A stretch of DNA of 64,000 nt from IMG/VR virus record IMGVR_UViG_3300028115_000009, positions 1-64,000 of that record; one strand, 5' to 3'. Source of the DNA: a virus. A program made the translations under genes and the position numbers. The notes under the pieces were generated by a model. It was not told where the DNA came from. It did no database searches and worked only from the letters and a program-made list of their open reading frames with translations. Below are positions 38,885 through 48,023 of the stretch, in pieces (position 1 is the stretch's first letter; the number at the start of each line of letters is the position of its first letter).

Positions 38885-39405
38885 ACTGCTAACCTATATG
38901 TAAAATCACACACAAACACTTTTCTCGGCTGTAATGTTGGATATGTTCCGTGCCACACAGTGCCATCAAATATATGAAGATTTCCAGCAACTGGACGATA
39001 CTCATTATAATCGCCATTATTTAAAGAATATAAAAATCCTTCATGCGGATTATAATCATCAACTTCTGATGTTGTTAGAAAAAGTACAGAAGTTAGTTGA
39101 GGTCCTGGATTGTGCGAATGAAATCCGTTATAAGAGTGTAGTGGATAATCTACCCACCACGCCTTAGAAAACTCTACATCTTGTAGGAAAGGATATACAG
39201 TTAATGACTGTTTTACAAAATTAATATAATTGTTATTAGTATCAATTTCGTAAGGGTATTTAAATTCGTCTTTATAATAAACTGTTGATCCGCCGCTGTC
39301 TCTATGACTATTTTCATTTAATGAAAAACAATCTAATATATGTCTGTAGTCATTGTAATGCAAATCTAATGCAAACGAACTGTATATTTCAGACAAATAA
39401 TTCAT
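38881..39405 (-). CDS. Putative 2OG-Fe(II) oxygenase, paralog of 38354..38884
   Basis: WWVDYPLHSYNGFHSH, TSVLFL, WHGTYP and RKVFVCDF; likely start MNYLSE at 39405. Confidence 0.65.
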   Translation of the reverse strand: MNYLSEIYSSFALDLHYNDYRHILDCFSLNENSHRDSGGSTVYYKDEFKYPYEIDTNNNYINFVKQSLTVYPFLQDVEFSKAWWVDYPLHSYNGFHSHNPGPQLTSVLFLTTSEVDDYNPHEGFLYSLNNGDYNEYRPVAGNLHIFDGTVWHGTYPTLQPRKVFVCDFTYRLAV

Positions 39406-39406
39406 A

Positions 39407-40402
39407 TTATACTGAGCAGCAACTATTGTCTTCTTCGTTAGGAGGAACATACTGTCCAGTAAATTTTGTAGATCTTCCTAAGCGTTTTCTTACACTATGC
39501 AATACTGCTTGTGTTTGTTCTTTATTCATATCCATTACAGCATCATTTGCTCTATTAACTTCATCTTCCATAGTAAGACGAATAGGATCATATACACGTT
39601 TTCCTTCACCAATGTCAATGATATCAAATGTATCCGAACCAGGGTAGCTAATATTGACAGGGAACGTAGATCCTGTAATCACCGTTGCTGTTTTTCCTAA
39701 GCTCTTTGCAATATGTTGACCGACACTGTCTACTCCTAAAAAGTGATCTGAACAATCTATAACACTCGACCATACACGTAGATCTGGAATCTGAGGCATT
39801 GCTACAGGAAACTTTCCAGTATCTTTTTCTTCAAATGCTACAGGAAATTCGCTCATTAAAATAATTGCATATTCTTTTTTAAGATCGTTTACTATATTAA
39901 TAACACTGTTTAAATGCATGCTTCGAGCAGTAGGATCAATTGTCATTTCTCCCATATTTTGAATTCCGCGACCAAACGGCTGTACTACTAATACTTTATC
40001 AAAACCAGTCTTTGCACGTACTTCTTGTACAATGTTAAAACCTGATACCATCTCTATTTGATTTAAAACAATTTTAGGGTCTTGTAATTCTCTTACACCT
40101 TTATTGTTAATAGCAATGTCAAATGCTTGAGCAAGATTACATTTTTGATTATAATACTCCCAAACACGATATGGTTCTGGGCTTACAATATCACGATGTT
40201 TTAAGTGTTCTTGAAACAGTCCTTTGTGCCAATTATCGTATGCACGATTATGCAGTGTAGGATGTCCTTTGTAAAAGTCCATGCCGCCTTCGCATACAAT
40301 AATAAAATCTTCATCAGTTTCTGCAAGTTTTTCAAATGCAGGAATTGAACTGATAACGCGGCCTGCACCTCCGTTTATAAAATACGCCTTTGGTCTTGAC
40401 AT
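39407..40402 (-). CDS. GT9-like (ADP-heptose heptosyltransferase-like) glycosyltransferase
   Basis: INGGAGRVISSIPA, VVQPFG and DHFLGVDSVGQHIAKSLGKTATVITGST, matching the GT9 DSGxxHxAxA box. Confidence 0.65.
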   Translation of the reverse strand: MSRPKAYFINGGAGRVISSIPAFEKLAETDEDFIIVCEGGMDFYKGHPTLHNRAYDNWHKGLFQEHLKHRDIVSPEPYRVWEYYNQKCNLAQAFDIAINNKGVRELQDPKIVLNQIEMVSGFNIVQEVRAKTGFDKVLVVQPFGRGIQNMGEMTIDPTARSMHLNSVINIVNDLKKEYAIILMSEFPVAFEEKDTGKFPVAMPQIPDLRVWSSVIDCSDHFLGVDSVGQHIAKSLGKTATVITGSTFPVNISYPGSDTFDIIDIGEGKRVYDPIRLTMEDEVNRANDAVMDMNKEQTQAVLHSVRKRLGRSTKFTGQYVPPNEEDNSCCSV

Positions 40403-40465
40403 TAGAACTCCTTAATTTTATTCATTATAACACTATTAGATGTATAGAGCAAGCATTTTCAAAAT

Positions 40466-40516
40466 TATTTATAAGGTATCGGGTTTACACTGTATAGATA
40501 TGGCTTCTTATAAATA
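40466..40516. promoter_or_regulatory. Divergent T4-type late promoters (TATAAATA on both strands)
   Basis: TATAAATA on the minus strand at 40473-40466 and on the plus strand at 40509-40516, the latter 5 nt before the ATG at 40522. Confidence 0.7.
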
Positions 40517-40521
40517 TCAGT

Positions 40522-42003
40522 ATGAATAAACATATAAACAGTATAACAGTACTCGGAGGCGGTACAGCTGGATTAGTATCTGCACTCATACTAAAGAAGT
40601 CATTTCCAGAAATTAATGTAACAGTTATACGATCATCTGATATCGGTATAATCGGTGTCGGTGAAGGATCAACAGAACACTGGTCTGAGTTTATGGAATT
40701 TATGAATATTAACGCACGTACTCTTATACAAGAAACAGATGCTACCTTTAAGTCAGGAATTATGTTTAAAAATTGGGGCGGCGAAGATTACTTACAAAGT
40801 ATCGGTGATGGATTTAATATTACTCACAATGGCTATCCTTATATGTACGGACATCAAATTAGTCAAAATAAAAGTCCAAAAGAGTTAGCAAGTCCGCTTG
40901 CTTGGCACAGTAGAGCAAATGTATGGTTCTTAGGACAAGAATCTACTCAAGTACAACAATATCATTTTAATACAAATAAACTTAATACATTCTTAGAAAA
41001 TTTAAGTAATGATTATAATATAAACATCATTGACGACGAAATTATTAATGTTAATTCAAACGAAAATGGAATTGTTAGTTTAGAAGGCAAACAACAATTA
41101 TACGAATCAGATTTTTTTATTGATTGTACTGGGTTTCGCCGAGTATTAATGAACGAGTTAGGGTGTGAATGGGAGTCATATTCTAAATACTTAAAAATGA
41201 AATCTGCAATAGTTTTTCCAATTGAATTTGAAAAAGATGAAGAAATACCTTTGTGGACACTTGCACAAGGAATGGATGCTGGGTGGATGTTTAGATTGCC
41301 AGTGTGGGGACGATACGGAAACGGTTATATATTTGATAGTGACTTTATCACAGCAGACGAAGCACATGCCGAAGTTAACAAATATTTTGGTCGAGAAATA
41401 GAAATTAGTAAACACATAAATTTTGATCCAGGAGCATTGAAAGATACATGGATTAAAAATTGTGTTGCAATCGGACTTAGTGCAAGTTTTGTAGAACCGT
41501 TAGAAGCAAGCTCTATCGGAACCTCAATACAACAAGCATTTTTGTTAACTGAACATCTTATAAATTACAACGATACCAGCATAAAAGATTATAATGCAGA
41601 TTGCAATGACATATTAACAAATATAAGAGATTTTGTTATTTTACATTATTTAGGAAATCGAACTGATACAGATTTTTGGAAAGCTGTATCAGAAACTGAA
41701 TTACCAGATTCACTGACTTCAAATCTTAGTAAATGGAAAAACACACTTCCTTCTGAAAAAGATTTTTCTAAAGTTACTGACAAAATATTGTTTAGTCATT
41801 TCCACTATATTTTAATAATGCACGGTTTAGGGTTATTCGACATTAATAATATTGCACATGAATATAAAATGCGAGTGCCGTATGACAAACAGTTAGAAGC
41901 AGAGCATACTATTACTGAAAACGCAAACGCACCGTATACTACTATACCGCATAAAACAATGTTAGAAGTATTACGGACTATGCGTACTTGGCCTAACTTT
42001 TAA
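40522..42003 (+). CDS. Second flavin-dependent halogenase-like protein
   Basis: GGGTAG, GVGEGSTE, DATFKSGI, FIDCTGF, GWMFRLP and FVEPLEAS. Confidence 0.85.
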   Translation: MNKHINSITVLGGGTAGLVSALILKKSFPEINVTVIRSSDIGIIGVGEGSTEHWSEFMEFMNINARTLIQETDATFKSGIMFKNWGGEDYLQSIGDGFNITHNGYPYMYGHQISQNKSPKELASPLAWHSRANVWFLGQESTQVQQYHFNTNKLNTFLENLSNDYNINIIDDEIINVNSNENGIVSLEGKQQLYESDFFIDCTGFRRVLMNELGCEWESYSKYLKMKSAIVFPIEFEKDEEIPLWTLAQGMDAGWMFRLPVWGRYGNGYIFDSDFITADEAHAEVNKYFGREIEISKHINFDPGALKDTWIKNCVAIGLSASFVEPLEASSIGTSIQQAFLLTEHLINYNDTSIKDYNADCNDILTNIRDFVILHYLGNRTDTDFWKAVSETELPDSLTSNLSKWKNTLPSEKDFSKVTDKILFSHFHYILIMHGLGLFDINNIAHEYKMRVPYDKQLEAEHTITENANAPYTTIPHKTMLEVLRTMRTWPNF

Positions 42004-42640
42004 AATACCAGTCTTCGTTTTCAGTATTAAAATCTGTAAAAAGGTTGTATCCGTTTTTAATCATTAAATCGTGAATCAATTGACGATTACTGGTAAATTC
42101 GTGTTCAATTGTAAAACATTTTACATTATATTTTTTAAAATCAAATGTTTTTAATATTTCGTATTCGCTGCCTTCGGTGTCAATACTAATATAGTTTATG
42201 TCTGTAGGGGCTTGATATAACGCTAATAAATCATTTAAAGTAATAGACAATACATTAATAGTCATAAAACTTTTATCAATATCTGTATCAATAGTGCCAA
42301 GATGCTTTTCTAATCCTGATCTAAAATTCCATCCGTAAAATTGGTTTTCATCTACACAAAACTTAAAAGGTAATATTTTACCAGTCTCGTTGTATACGCA
42401 CAATGTACTAACAAAGTTATCTCTACAGTTCATTAGGCTTTGCTGAAATGCAGGATTTGGATCTACACAAATACCTCTCCATTTGTAAAATTTTTCTAAG
42501 ATAAATGTATTACTTGCTGTAATACCATCTGATGCTCCGATATCTACAAAAAAACCATTTTCTGTATATGCACTACGATCAAGTGCAAAAAAATCTTGAC
42601 CATTTTCTGATATTTTTAAATTGCTGCCTTCTGGTCCCAT
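41993..42640 (-). CDS. FkbM-family methyltransferase
   Basis: FVDIGASDG..SNT, GICVDPN and ISIDTEGSEYEIL. Confidence 0.85.
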   Translation of the reverse strand: MGPEGSNLKISENGQDFFALDRSAYTENGFFVDIGASDGITASNTFILEKFYKWRGICVDPNPAFQQSLMNCRDNFVSTLCVYNETGKILPFKFCVDENQFYGWNFRSGLEKHLGTIDTDIDKSFMTINVLSITLNDLLALYQAPTDINYISIDTEGSEYEILKTFDFKKYNVKCFTIEHEFTSNRQLIHDLMIKNGYNLFTDFNTENEDWYFKS

Positions 42641-42641
42641 T

Positions 42642-43241
42642 TTATTCTCCTTGATGTTTATTGCTAAAATTCATTGCTATCATTATTCGTTCATTATCAG
42701 TTTTTTGTTGATCAACTTTATGCAAAAGATAACTTGGAAATATTAATAGCATTCCTGTTTCTGGTTGTACACTAACTTGATTAGAATTAAACTCAGTTTT
42801 AATAGATTTAACTCCCATGCCCCAACCTGTATCGATAATATTTTTATTTAAAAAACATATAGGTGCATCAGTATGTTCTGCTTGTAGATAATATACGGCA
42901 CTCCACAAACAATCAGGATGCGTATGTGCTTCGTGATATCCGTACTTTTCTATAATACTAAACCAAGAATTTAGATAGTTAATTGGTTCTAAAAATCCAG
43001 CAAAGTTATTGACAGAATTCACTTCAGTTAAAATAAAATCTTTTACATCTTTTAATAGAGGATCGTCTATTATATTGTTATCGTTATAAAAATCAGTATA
43101 ATTTCCTAATGGTGCATTTTCCATTAATGAAATATCTTTTTTGCTTTTTAATTTGTTAATTATAGCATCTCGAGTATTATTTTCGATAGTAAAAAAAGAC
43201 CTAAACAATAATGATGAAAATATTTGTGCTGGTTCTGCCAT
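42642..43241 (-). CDS. 2OG-Fe(II) oxygenase-like protein (TIGR02466-like)
   Basis: SWF..HEAHTHP, SAVYYL, GMLLIFPSYLLHKV and RIMIAMN. Confidence 0.8.
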   Translation of the reverse strand: MAEPAQIFSSLLFRSFFTIENNTRDAIINKLKSKKDISLMENAPLGNYTDFYNDNNIIDDPLLKDVKDFILTEVNSVNNFAGFLEPINYLNSWFSIIEKYGYHEAHTHPDCLWSAVYYLQAEHTDAPICFLNKNIIDTGWGMGVKSIKTEFNSNQVSVQPETGMLLIFPSYLLHKVDQQKTDNERIMIAMNFSNKHQGE

Positions 43242-43246
43242 GTAAA

Positions 43247-44152
43247 TTATCGTCCTCTTAATAAATTGTTAACACCGATTACATCATTTGCAGTTAGTAG
43301 ATTAAAAAAACATTGCATATCAGTTCCTGCTTCTTCTTTTAAATCTTCTACATATAATGCTATACTTTCATTATTGTTTATATACTTTTCATCTATATTA
43401 AATAATTCGTATATCCCGTTATTTTTTAAGTAATTATGATACTGTAATGATGTTAGATGCGGTTCAGTATACGTAGTGTCAGATGTTTTAAAATAATCTA
43501 ATGCAGACAAATCTTGTTTGTCTATGTCAAACTGCCAATTTAAATCAGGGCTGTTCCATTTTTCTGTTAAGATAGGAGGAAACCAATGTTCGTTGTTATC
43601 TTCCCAAATTCGTTCTTTATAAGGAGTTAATGTAGGATCCATATCCCATAGACTTATACTATTATCTGTATCAGAATTTTCGTCTAAATGCCCTACTTTT
43701 AATCGATAATCTTGTAAATCAGTTGATGCTGTCATAAACCAATAGCAACCGATACCTTTTAATAGTTCTTGTACTAAAATAACATTATTCAATGTATGTA
43801 TATAGTAGGCAGGTTCGTTCCAGAAGGTATTGATCCATTTTTTATCAAACACTTTTGAATTCCAGGAAGAAAATATGTTACCACGAGTTTTCCACATTGT
43901 ACAATCAGCTGACGGAATATCAGGCCGTGCATAATCGTGACGCACATAACTCGACCATTGTACAATAACAAGATCATCTTTAGTAAATTTATATAATGCA
44001 TGTGCTTCAGCTATTCTTTCAGCAATTGCACGATTGCCTATACCCGGATGTCCCCAATTATAATATTGATCCCATCCTATATTAATAAAGTCTGCCCAAG
44101 TAGGCCAATTGTACTTAGTGAAACTACATCCAAATGTGAATAATCGAGTCAT
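43247..44152 (-). CDS. Hypothetical protein, possible SGNH/GDSL-like fold
   Basis: FTFGCSFT..WPTWAD, GIGN, VIVQWS and a C-terminal EPH. Confidence 0.5.
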   Translation of the reverse strand: MTRLFTFGCSFTKYNWPTWADFINIGWDQYYNWGHPGIGNRAIAERIAEAHALYKFTKDDLVIVQWSSYVRHDYARPDIPSADCTMWKTRGNIFSSWNSKVFDKKWINTFWNEPAYYIHTLNNVILVQELLKGIGCYWFMTASTDLQDYRLKVGHLDENSDTDNSISLWDMDPTLTPYKERIWEDNNEHWFPPILTEKWNSPDLNWQFDIDKQDLSALDYFKTSDTTYTEPHLTSLQYHNYLKNNGIYELFNIDEKYINNNESIALYVEDLKEEAGTDMQCFFNLLTANDVIGVNNLLRGR

Positions 44153-44160
44153 ACACTGAC

Positions 44161-44859
44161 CTATATAAAAAACATTTGATTTAATCTATAAACATCGTCA
44201 TTATACATGTCATCAGTTATGTATGCTGCATGATAAATGTTTGCTTGATATATAACCATTCGATTATATTTCATTTCTGTCATGTGATGCATTTTCCAAT
44301 CACCCATATCACCATTTACATATATGTCGGTAGGTTTCCCGTTATCAGCTTTATATAAGCCAAATTCAGTTCCGCCTGTTTGCCCATCAAATGAATAAAA
44401 TCCTGTTCCACCTTTACATTCTTCCGGAGTATTTAAAAATACCATTGCTGCAAATGCTGTAGGATATGGGCAATCTATGTGCGGCGGGCGCGGCTCTAAA
44501 AATTTGGTATGCATAATATTAACAATAAATGTAGAATCACGAAACACATCGTTAATATGATTAGGAGGAAATTGAAAATGTTGTTCTGGATATACTGTTT
44601 GTAGTATATTGTCAAATATAGGTCCCATATGATCCATTAAGTAAAATGCATTTATCCTGGGACCAGGTAACCTTGTGCGAATTCTTTCATTTATAGACGG
44701 CGGAATTCTTAATGCTAAATCTCTAACTTGGTCTGGATTTTTATAAAAGTTATCTACAGTAACAACTTTAGTTTCATTTGGACCAAATGTTTCAACATTT
44801 ACTTTTAAATCTTCATTAACTGCAAACGTTTCTATTTCGTCTATAAAATATTTTTTCAT
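44161..44859 (-). CDS. 2OG-Fe(II) oxygenase-like protein (DUF6445-like)
   Basis: VDNFYKNPD, PHID, FLNTPEECKGGTGFY, KYNRMVIY..YHAA and RLNQMFF. Confidence 0.7.
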   Translation of the reverse strand: MKKYFIDEIETFAVNEDLKVNVETFGPNETKVVTVDNFYKNPDQVRDLALRIPPSINERIRTRLPGPRINAFYLMDHMGPIFDNILQTVYPEQHFQFPPNHINDVFRDSTFIVNIMHTKFLEPRPPHIDCPYPTAFAAMVFLNTPEECKGGTGFYSFDGQTGGTEFGLYKADNGKPTDIYVNGDMGDWKMHHMTEMKYNRMVIYQANIYHAAYITDDMYNDDVYRLNQMFFI

Positions 44860-44914
44860 GTACTATCCAACTCTACTTATTGAGTATTTATGGAATATAG
44901 GATGTACATTCGTT

Positions 44915-44940
44915 AAAAAAGGAGAGCGGAGCCCTCCTTT
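44915..44940 (-). terminator. Terminator after the tail-fibre operon
   Basis: AAAGGAGGGC-TCC-GCTCTCCTTTTTT on the minus strand. Confidence 0.7.
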
Positions 44941-44959
44941 TATTTATAGCAGTATAAGA

Positions 44960-45670
44960 TTATACTTCAGGATCATCCACAGGCATTGTAGGGAACATTT
45001 GTGCTGCAATATACGGAGGGAACTCTGCTAATGCAGTTGGCAAGTCTCTTAACAACTGTCTGTATGTTTTCCATCTATTTTTTAATTCTTCAGGCATATC
45101 GTCTGAAAACGCACCATCAGTATCTGCAAGTGCTTTGTTACGTACTTTTTTAATGTCGTCCCATGTCATATCTATTTTAATGTCTGTAGCCCAATCATGT
45201 ACTGGAACATGGAACTCTTTAGTATCAAAGTCGTATGTAATGTTAAATTCATCATATACGTCACGAGGTTCATATTCTGTTGGTTTTTCAATATTTAGAT
45301 ATCCTTCCGGGCTTGTGAAGTACGGAACCCAAGTACGGTTTGCTCTAAACTCAACTTGCGTCGAATCTCCCTGATCATTAGCTATTTCACATAGTAGACC
45401 GTTTTCTTCAAGTGAACAATCGATGCAAACTCTTTCAACATTAAGAGGAGTAGGCCTCTCGAGTTCTGCAGGATATACCAAACACCATCCGCTTTCTTTA
45501 CCTGTATCTTTGTCAATTTCAAATGTCAGGTAACGCGGGCCGCGATAAGTGAATGTATCAGTATAACCTTTTTCAAATGTGTTTTCTCTAAAATCGTCAG
45601 GGATTTTATAAGTGAAAGTTGTTTCACACATTTCAACTTCTGAGATTACTACTTCATTTTCTTCTGGCAT
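44960..45670 (-). CDS. Tail fibre assembly chaperone-like protein
   Basis: C-terminal WDDIKKVRNKALADTD...WKTYRQLLRDLP signature; last gene of the fibre block. Confidence 0.7.
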   Translation of the reverse strand: MPEENEVVISEVEMCETTFTYKIPDDFRENTFEKGYTDTFTYRGPRYLTFEIDKDTGKESGWCLVYPAELERPTPLNVERVCIDCSLEENGLLCEIANDQGDSTQVEFRANRTWVPYFTSPEGYLNIEKPTEYEPRDVYDEFNITYDFDTKEFHVPVHDWATDIKIDMTWDDIKKVRNKALADTDGAFSDDMPEELKNRWKTYRQLLRDLPTALAEFPPYIAAQMFPTMPVDDPEV

Positions 45671-45708
45671 TTTTTAACTCCTTAACATAGTTATATTTAT
45701 GTTTATCT

Positions 45709-46545
45709 TTAAGCATATGTAATTCTTACTATTCCTGAGCCGCCGCCCTGGCCGCCTGCACAACATTTTGCGTTATTACCACAATATGAGCTTAGGCCAC
45801 TCGTTCCACCTGTTCCTGGAGGTGCTGCGTAACAACCACAAGTACACCAAGATTCAGATGCGCCACTTGCTCCTGATAATCCAATAATCGGAGCTTGTCC
45901 TGTCCATTGCATAACCCTCCAACAGTGACACCCGCCGTGACCTGGTTTCATTCCGACAGTACCCATCATTCCAAAATCAGAGCCAAACATTCCGCAAATA
46001 TTACAGTTAGCACACCCCTGTGTATGATGTCTTGGTCCCCAAGCATCACCATTACACATCCATCCGCCACAACCACCAGTAACACAGAAGTTACTTAGAT
46101 TGTGTCCATTTACGTATGAACGACATCCCATACCTGCACTACAAGTATGCGATTTATTACAAGGCCAAGTTCCTCCAGCACACACGGTATATGTACATCC
46201 AGGGCTTGTTGATATCGTTCTAATGGCGTAGTTGCCTCCAGCGCCACCAATTGAGAACGAACAGCAGTTACAACAGGTGTGACCTGCTCCGCCGCCCCCA
46301 CCTGACCAAATTTCAAAAGTAACTCTACATACTTTTGATGGCACAGTAAATAAACAGCATGCGCCGCAATATTGACAACAACATCCTCCAGCGCTTGCAC
46401 ACTGGTGACATTGCATCATTCTACTATTATATATCCAAACAGTGTTATATCTAACACCTGCACCATTTGCTAATTGATTCGAATTAACAAAATTATCTGG
46501 TATTTGGTCTGTTTTTAGCTGTTTATAGCTGTCATACGTTGCCAT
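45709..46545 (-). CDS. Cys/Gly-rich putative fibre-tip/adhesin protein, paralog 1
   Basis: FTVP..V.FEIWSGGGGGAG...GGSGIVRITY glycine-rich domain frame; 32 Cys in 278 aa. Confidence 0.65.
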   Translation of the reverse strand: MATYDSYKQLKTDQIPDNFVNSNQLANGAGVRYNTVWIYNSRMMQCHQCASAGGCCCQYCGACCLFTVPSKVCRVTFEIWSGGGGGAGHTCCNCCSFSIGGAGGNYAIRTISTSPGCTYTVCAGGTWPCNKSHTCSAGMGCRSYVNGHNLSNFCVTGGCGGWMCNGDAWGPRHHTQGCANCNICGMFGSDFGMMGTVGMKPGHGGCHCWRVMQWTGQAPIIGLSGASGASESWCTCGCYAAPPGTGGTSGLSSYCGNNAKCCAGGQGGGSGIVRITYA

Positions 46546-48023
46546 TTATTTTTTCCTTGTTATGCATAAGTAATTTTTACTATTCCGCTTCCGCCTTGAC
46601 CTATGCCACCTGCACAACATTTTGCATTGTTATTACAGTACGAGCTTACGCCACTCATTCCGCCACCTGCTGGCCAGTTTACGTAACAACCACATGAACA
46701 CCATGCTTCTGTTGCTGCGGTGTGTTGCATTTTTCCAATAAGTGGTGCTGTTCCTGTAAAGCTACCGTCTGCTCCTCTACAGTGACAACCACCGTGACCT
46801 AATTTTCTTCCTGTTGTGCCCATTATTCCATAATCTGCACCAAATATTCCACAAATATTACAGTTAGCACATGAGTTCAACGTTCTTTCACCCCAAGCAT
46901 CACCATTACACATAATGCCTCCACAACCACCTGTAACACAGAAATTGCTTAGGTTACATCCTGTTACGTAAGAACGACATCCTTGTCCAGCAACACATGT
47001 ATGTGATTTTGAACAAGGCCACGAGCCCCCTGCACACACTGAGTAAGTCCAACCAGGACTCGTTGATATTGTTTTAATTGCGTAGTTGCCTCCGGCACCA
47101 CCAATTGAGAACGAACAGCAGTTACAACAGGTGTGACCTGCTCCGCCGCCCCCACCTGACCAAATTTCAAACGTAAGTTTTGTTACACCTGTAGGAACTG
47201 TAAATAAACAGCACCTGCCACATGCTTGGCATACACATCCGCCTGCATTAGAACATTCTTGACATGCAAATGCTCGTGAGCTATACACCCATAATATACC
47301 AGATTTATTTGCTGCGCCTGCTTGTAATTTTACCTGATCAATTGAATTATCCGGGATCATTGTCTGGCTAATTTTTCTATAACTTCCGTACGTTGCCATT
47401 ATCTATTTCTTCCCTTAATAATACGTTATTTTAACTAAGCCGCTGCCGCCTTGGCCGCTGCCGCCTGCGCAACATTTTGCGTAATTACCACAATAGCTGC
47501 TGCCGCCGCTTGCACCGCCGCCTGCTGGCCAATTCACATAACAACCACATGAACACCATGCTTCAGTATTTTGAGTACCGTCCCACTTACCAATGAATGG
47601 TGCAGTGCCGCTAAAACTTGTTACACCGGCACAACGACAAGAGGTTTGTCCCATTCTGCCACCGACAGAACCCATTATTCCCATATCTGCGCCAAATATT
47701 CCACAAATATTACAGTTAGCACAACCGCTTGTATGATGTCTTGGTCCCCAAGCATCACCATTACACATCCAACCACCACAACCGCCTGTTACACAGAAAT
47801 TGCTTAGATTATTGCCTGTTACGTAAGAACGACATCCCATAGCTGCACTACAAGTATGTGATTTTGAACAGGGCCAGCTTCCGCCGGCACATGCTGTGTA
47901 TGTCCAGCCTGGAGTTACAGCGATCGTTTTAATTGCGTAGTTACCACCTGCTCCGCCAATTGAGAACGAACAGCAGTTACAACAGGTGTGACCTGCTCCG
48001 CCGCCTCCACCTGACCAAATTTC
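46244..48023. repeat. Near-identical DNA block shared by the three Cys-rich genes
   Basis: 46244-46317 equals 47098-47171 (74 bp, perfect); 47956-48023 matches over 68 bp with 1 mismatch. Confidence 0.9.
46560..47399 (-). CDS. Cys/Gly-rich putative fibre-tip/adhesin protein, paralog 2
   Basis: Same frame; 30 Cys in 279 aa. Confidence 0.65.
   Translation of the reverse strand: MATYGSYRKISQTMIPDNSIDQVKLQAGAANKSGILWVYSSRAFACQECSNAGGCVCQACGRCCLFTVPTGVTKLTFEIWSGGGGGAGHTCCNCCSFSIGGAGGNYAIKTISTSPGWTYSVCAGGSWPCSKSHTCVAGQGCRSYVTGCNLSNFCVTGGCGGIMCNGDAWGERTLNSCANCNICGIFGADYGIMGTTGRKLGHGGCHCRGADGSFTGTAPLIGKMQHTAATEAWCSCGCYVNWPAGGGMSGVSSYCNNNAKCCAGGIGQGGSGIVKITYA

Noticed and set aside
8455-39450. Longest-ORF starts given in the track for several genes (9567, 24182, 25884, 28030, 31041, 39450)
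   Set aside because: Downstream ATGs (9540, 24140, 25947, 28045, 31092, 39405) fit RBS or promoter spacing, stop-start coupling and family N-termini better.
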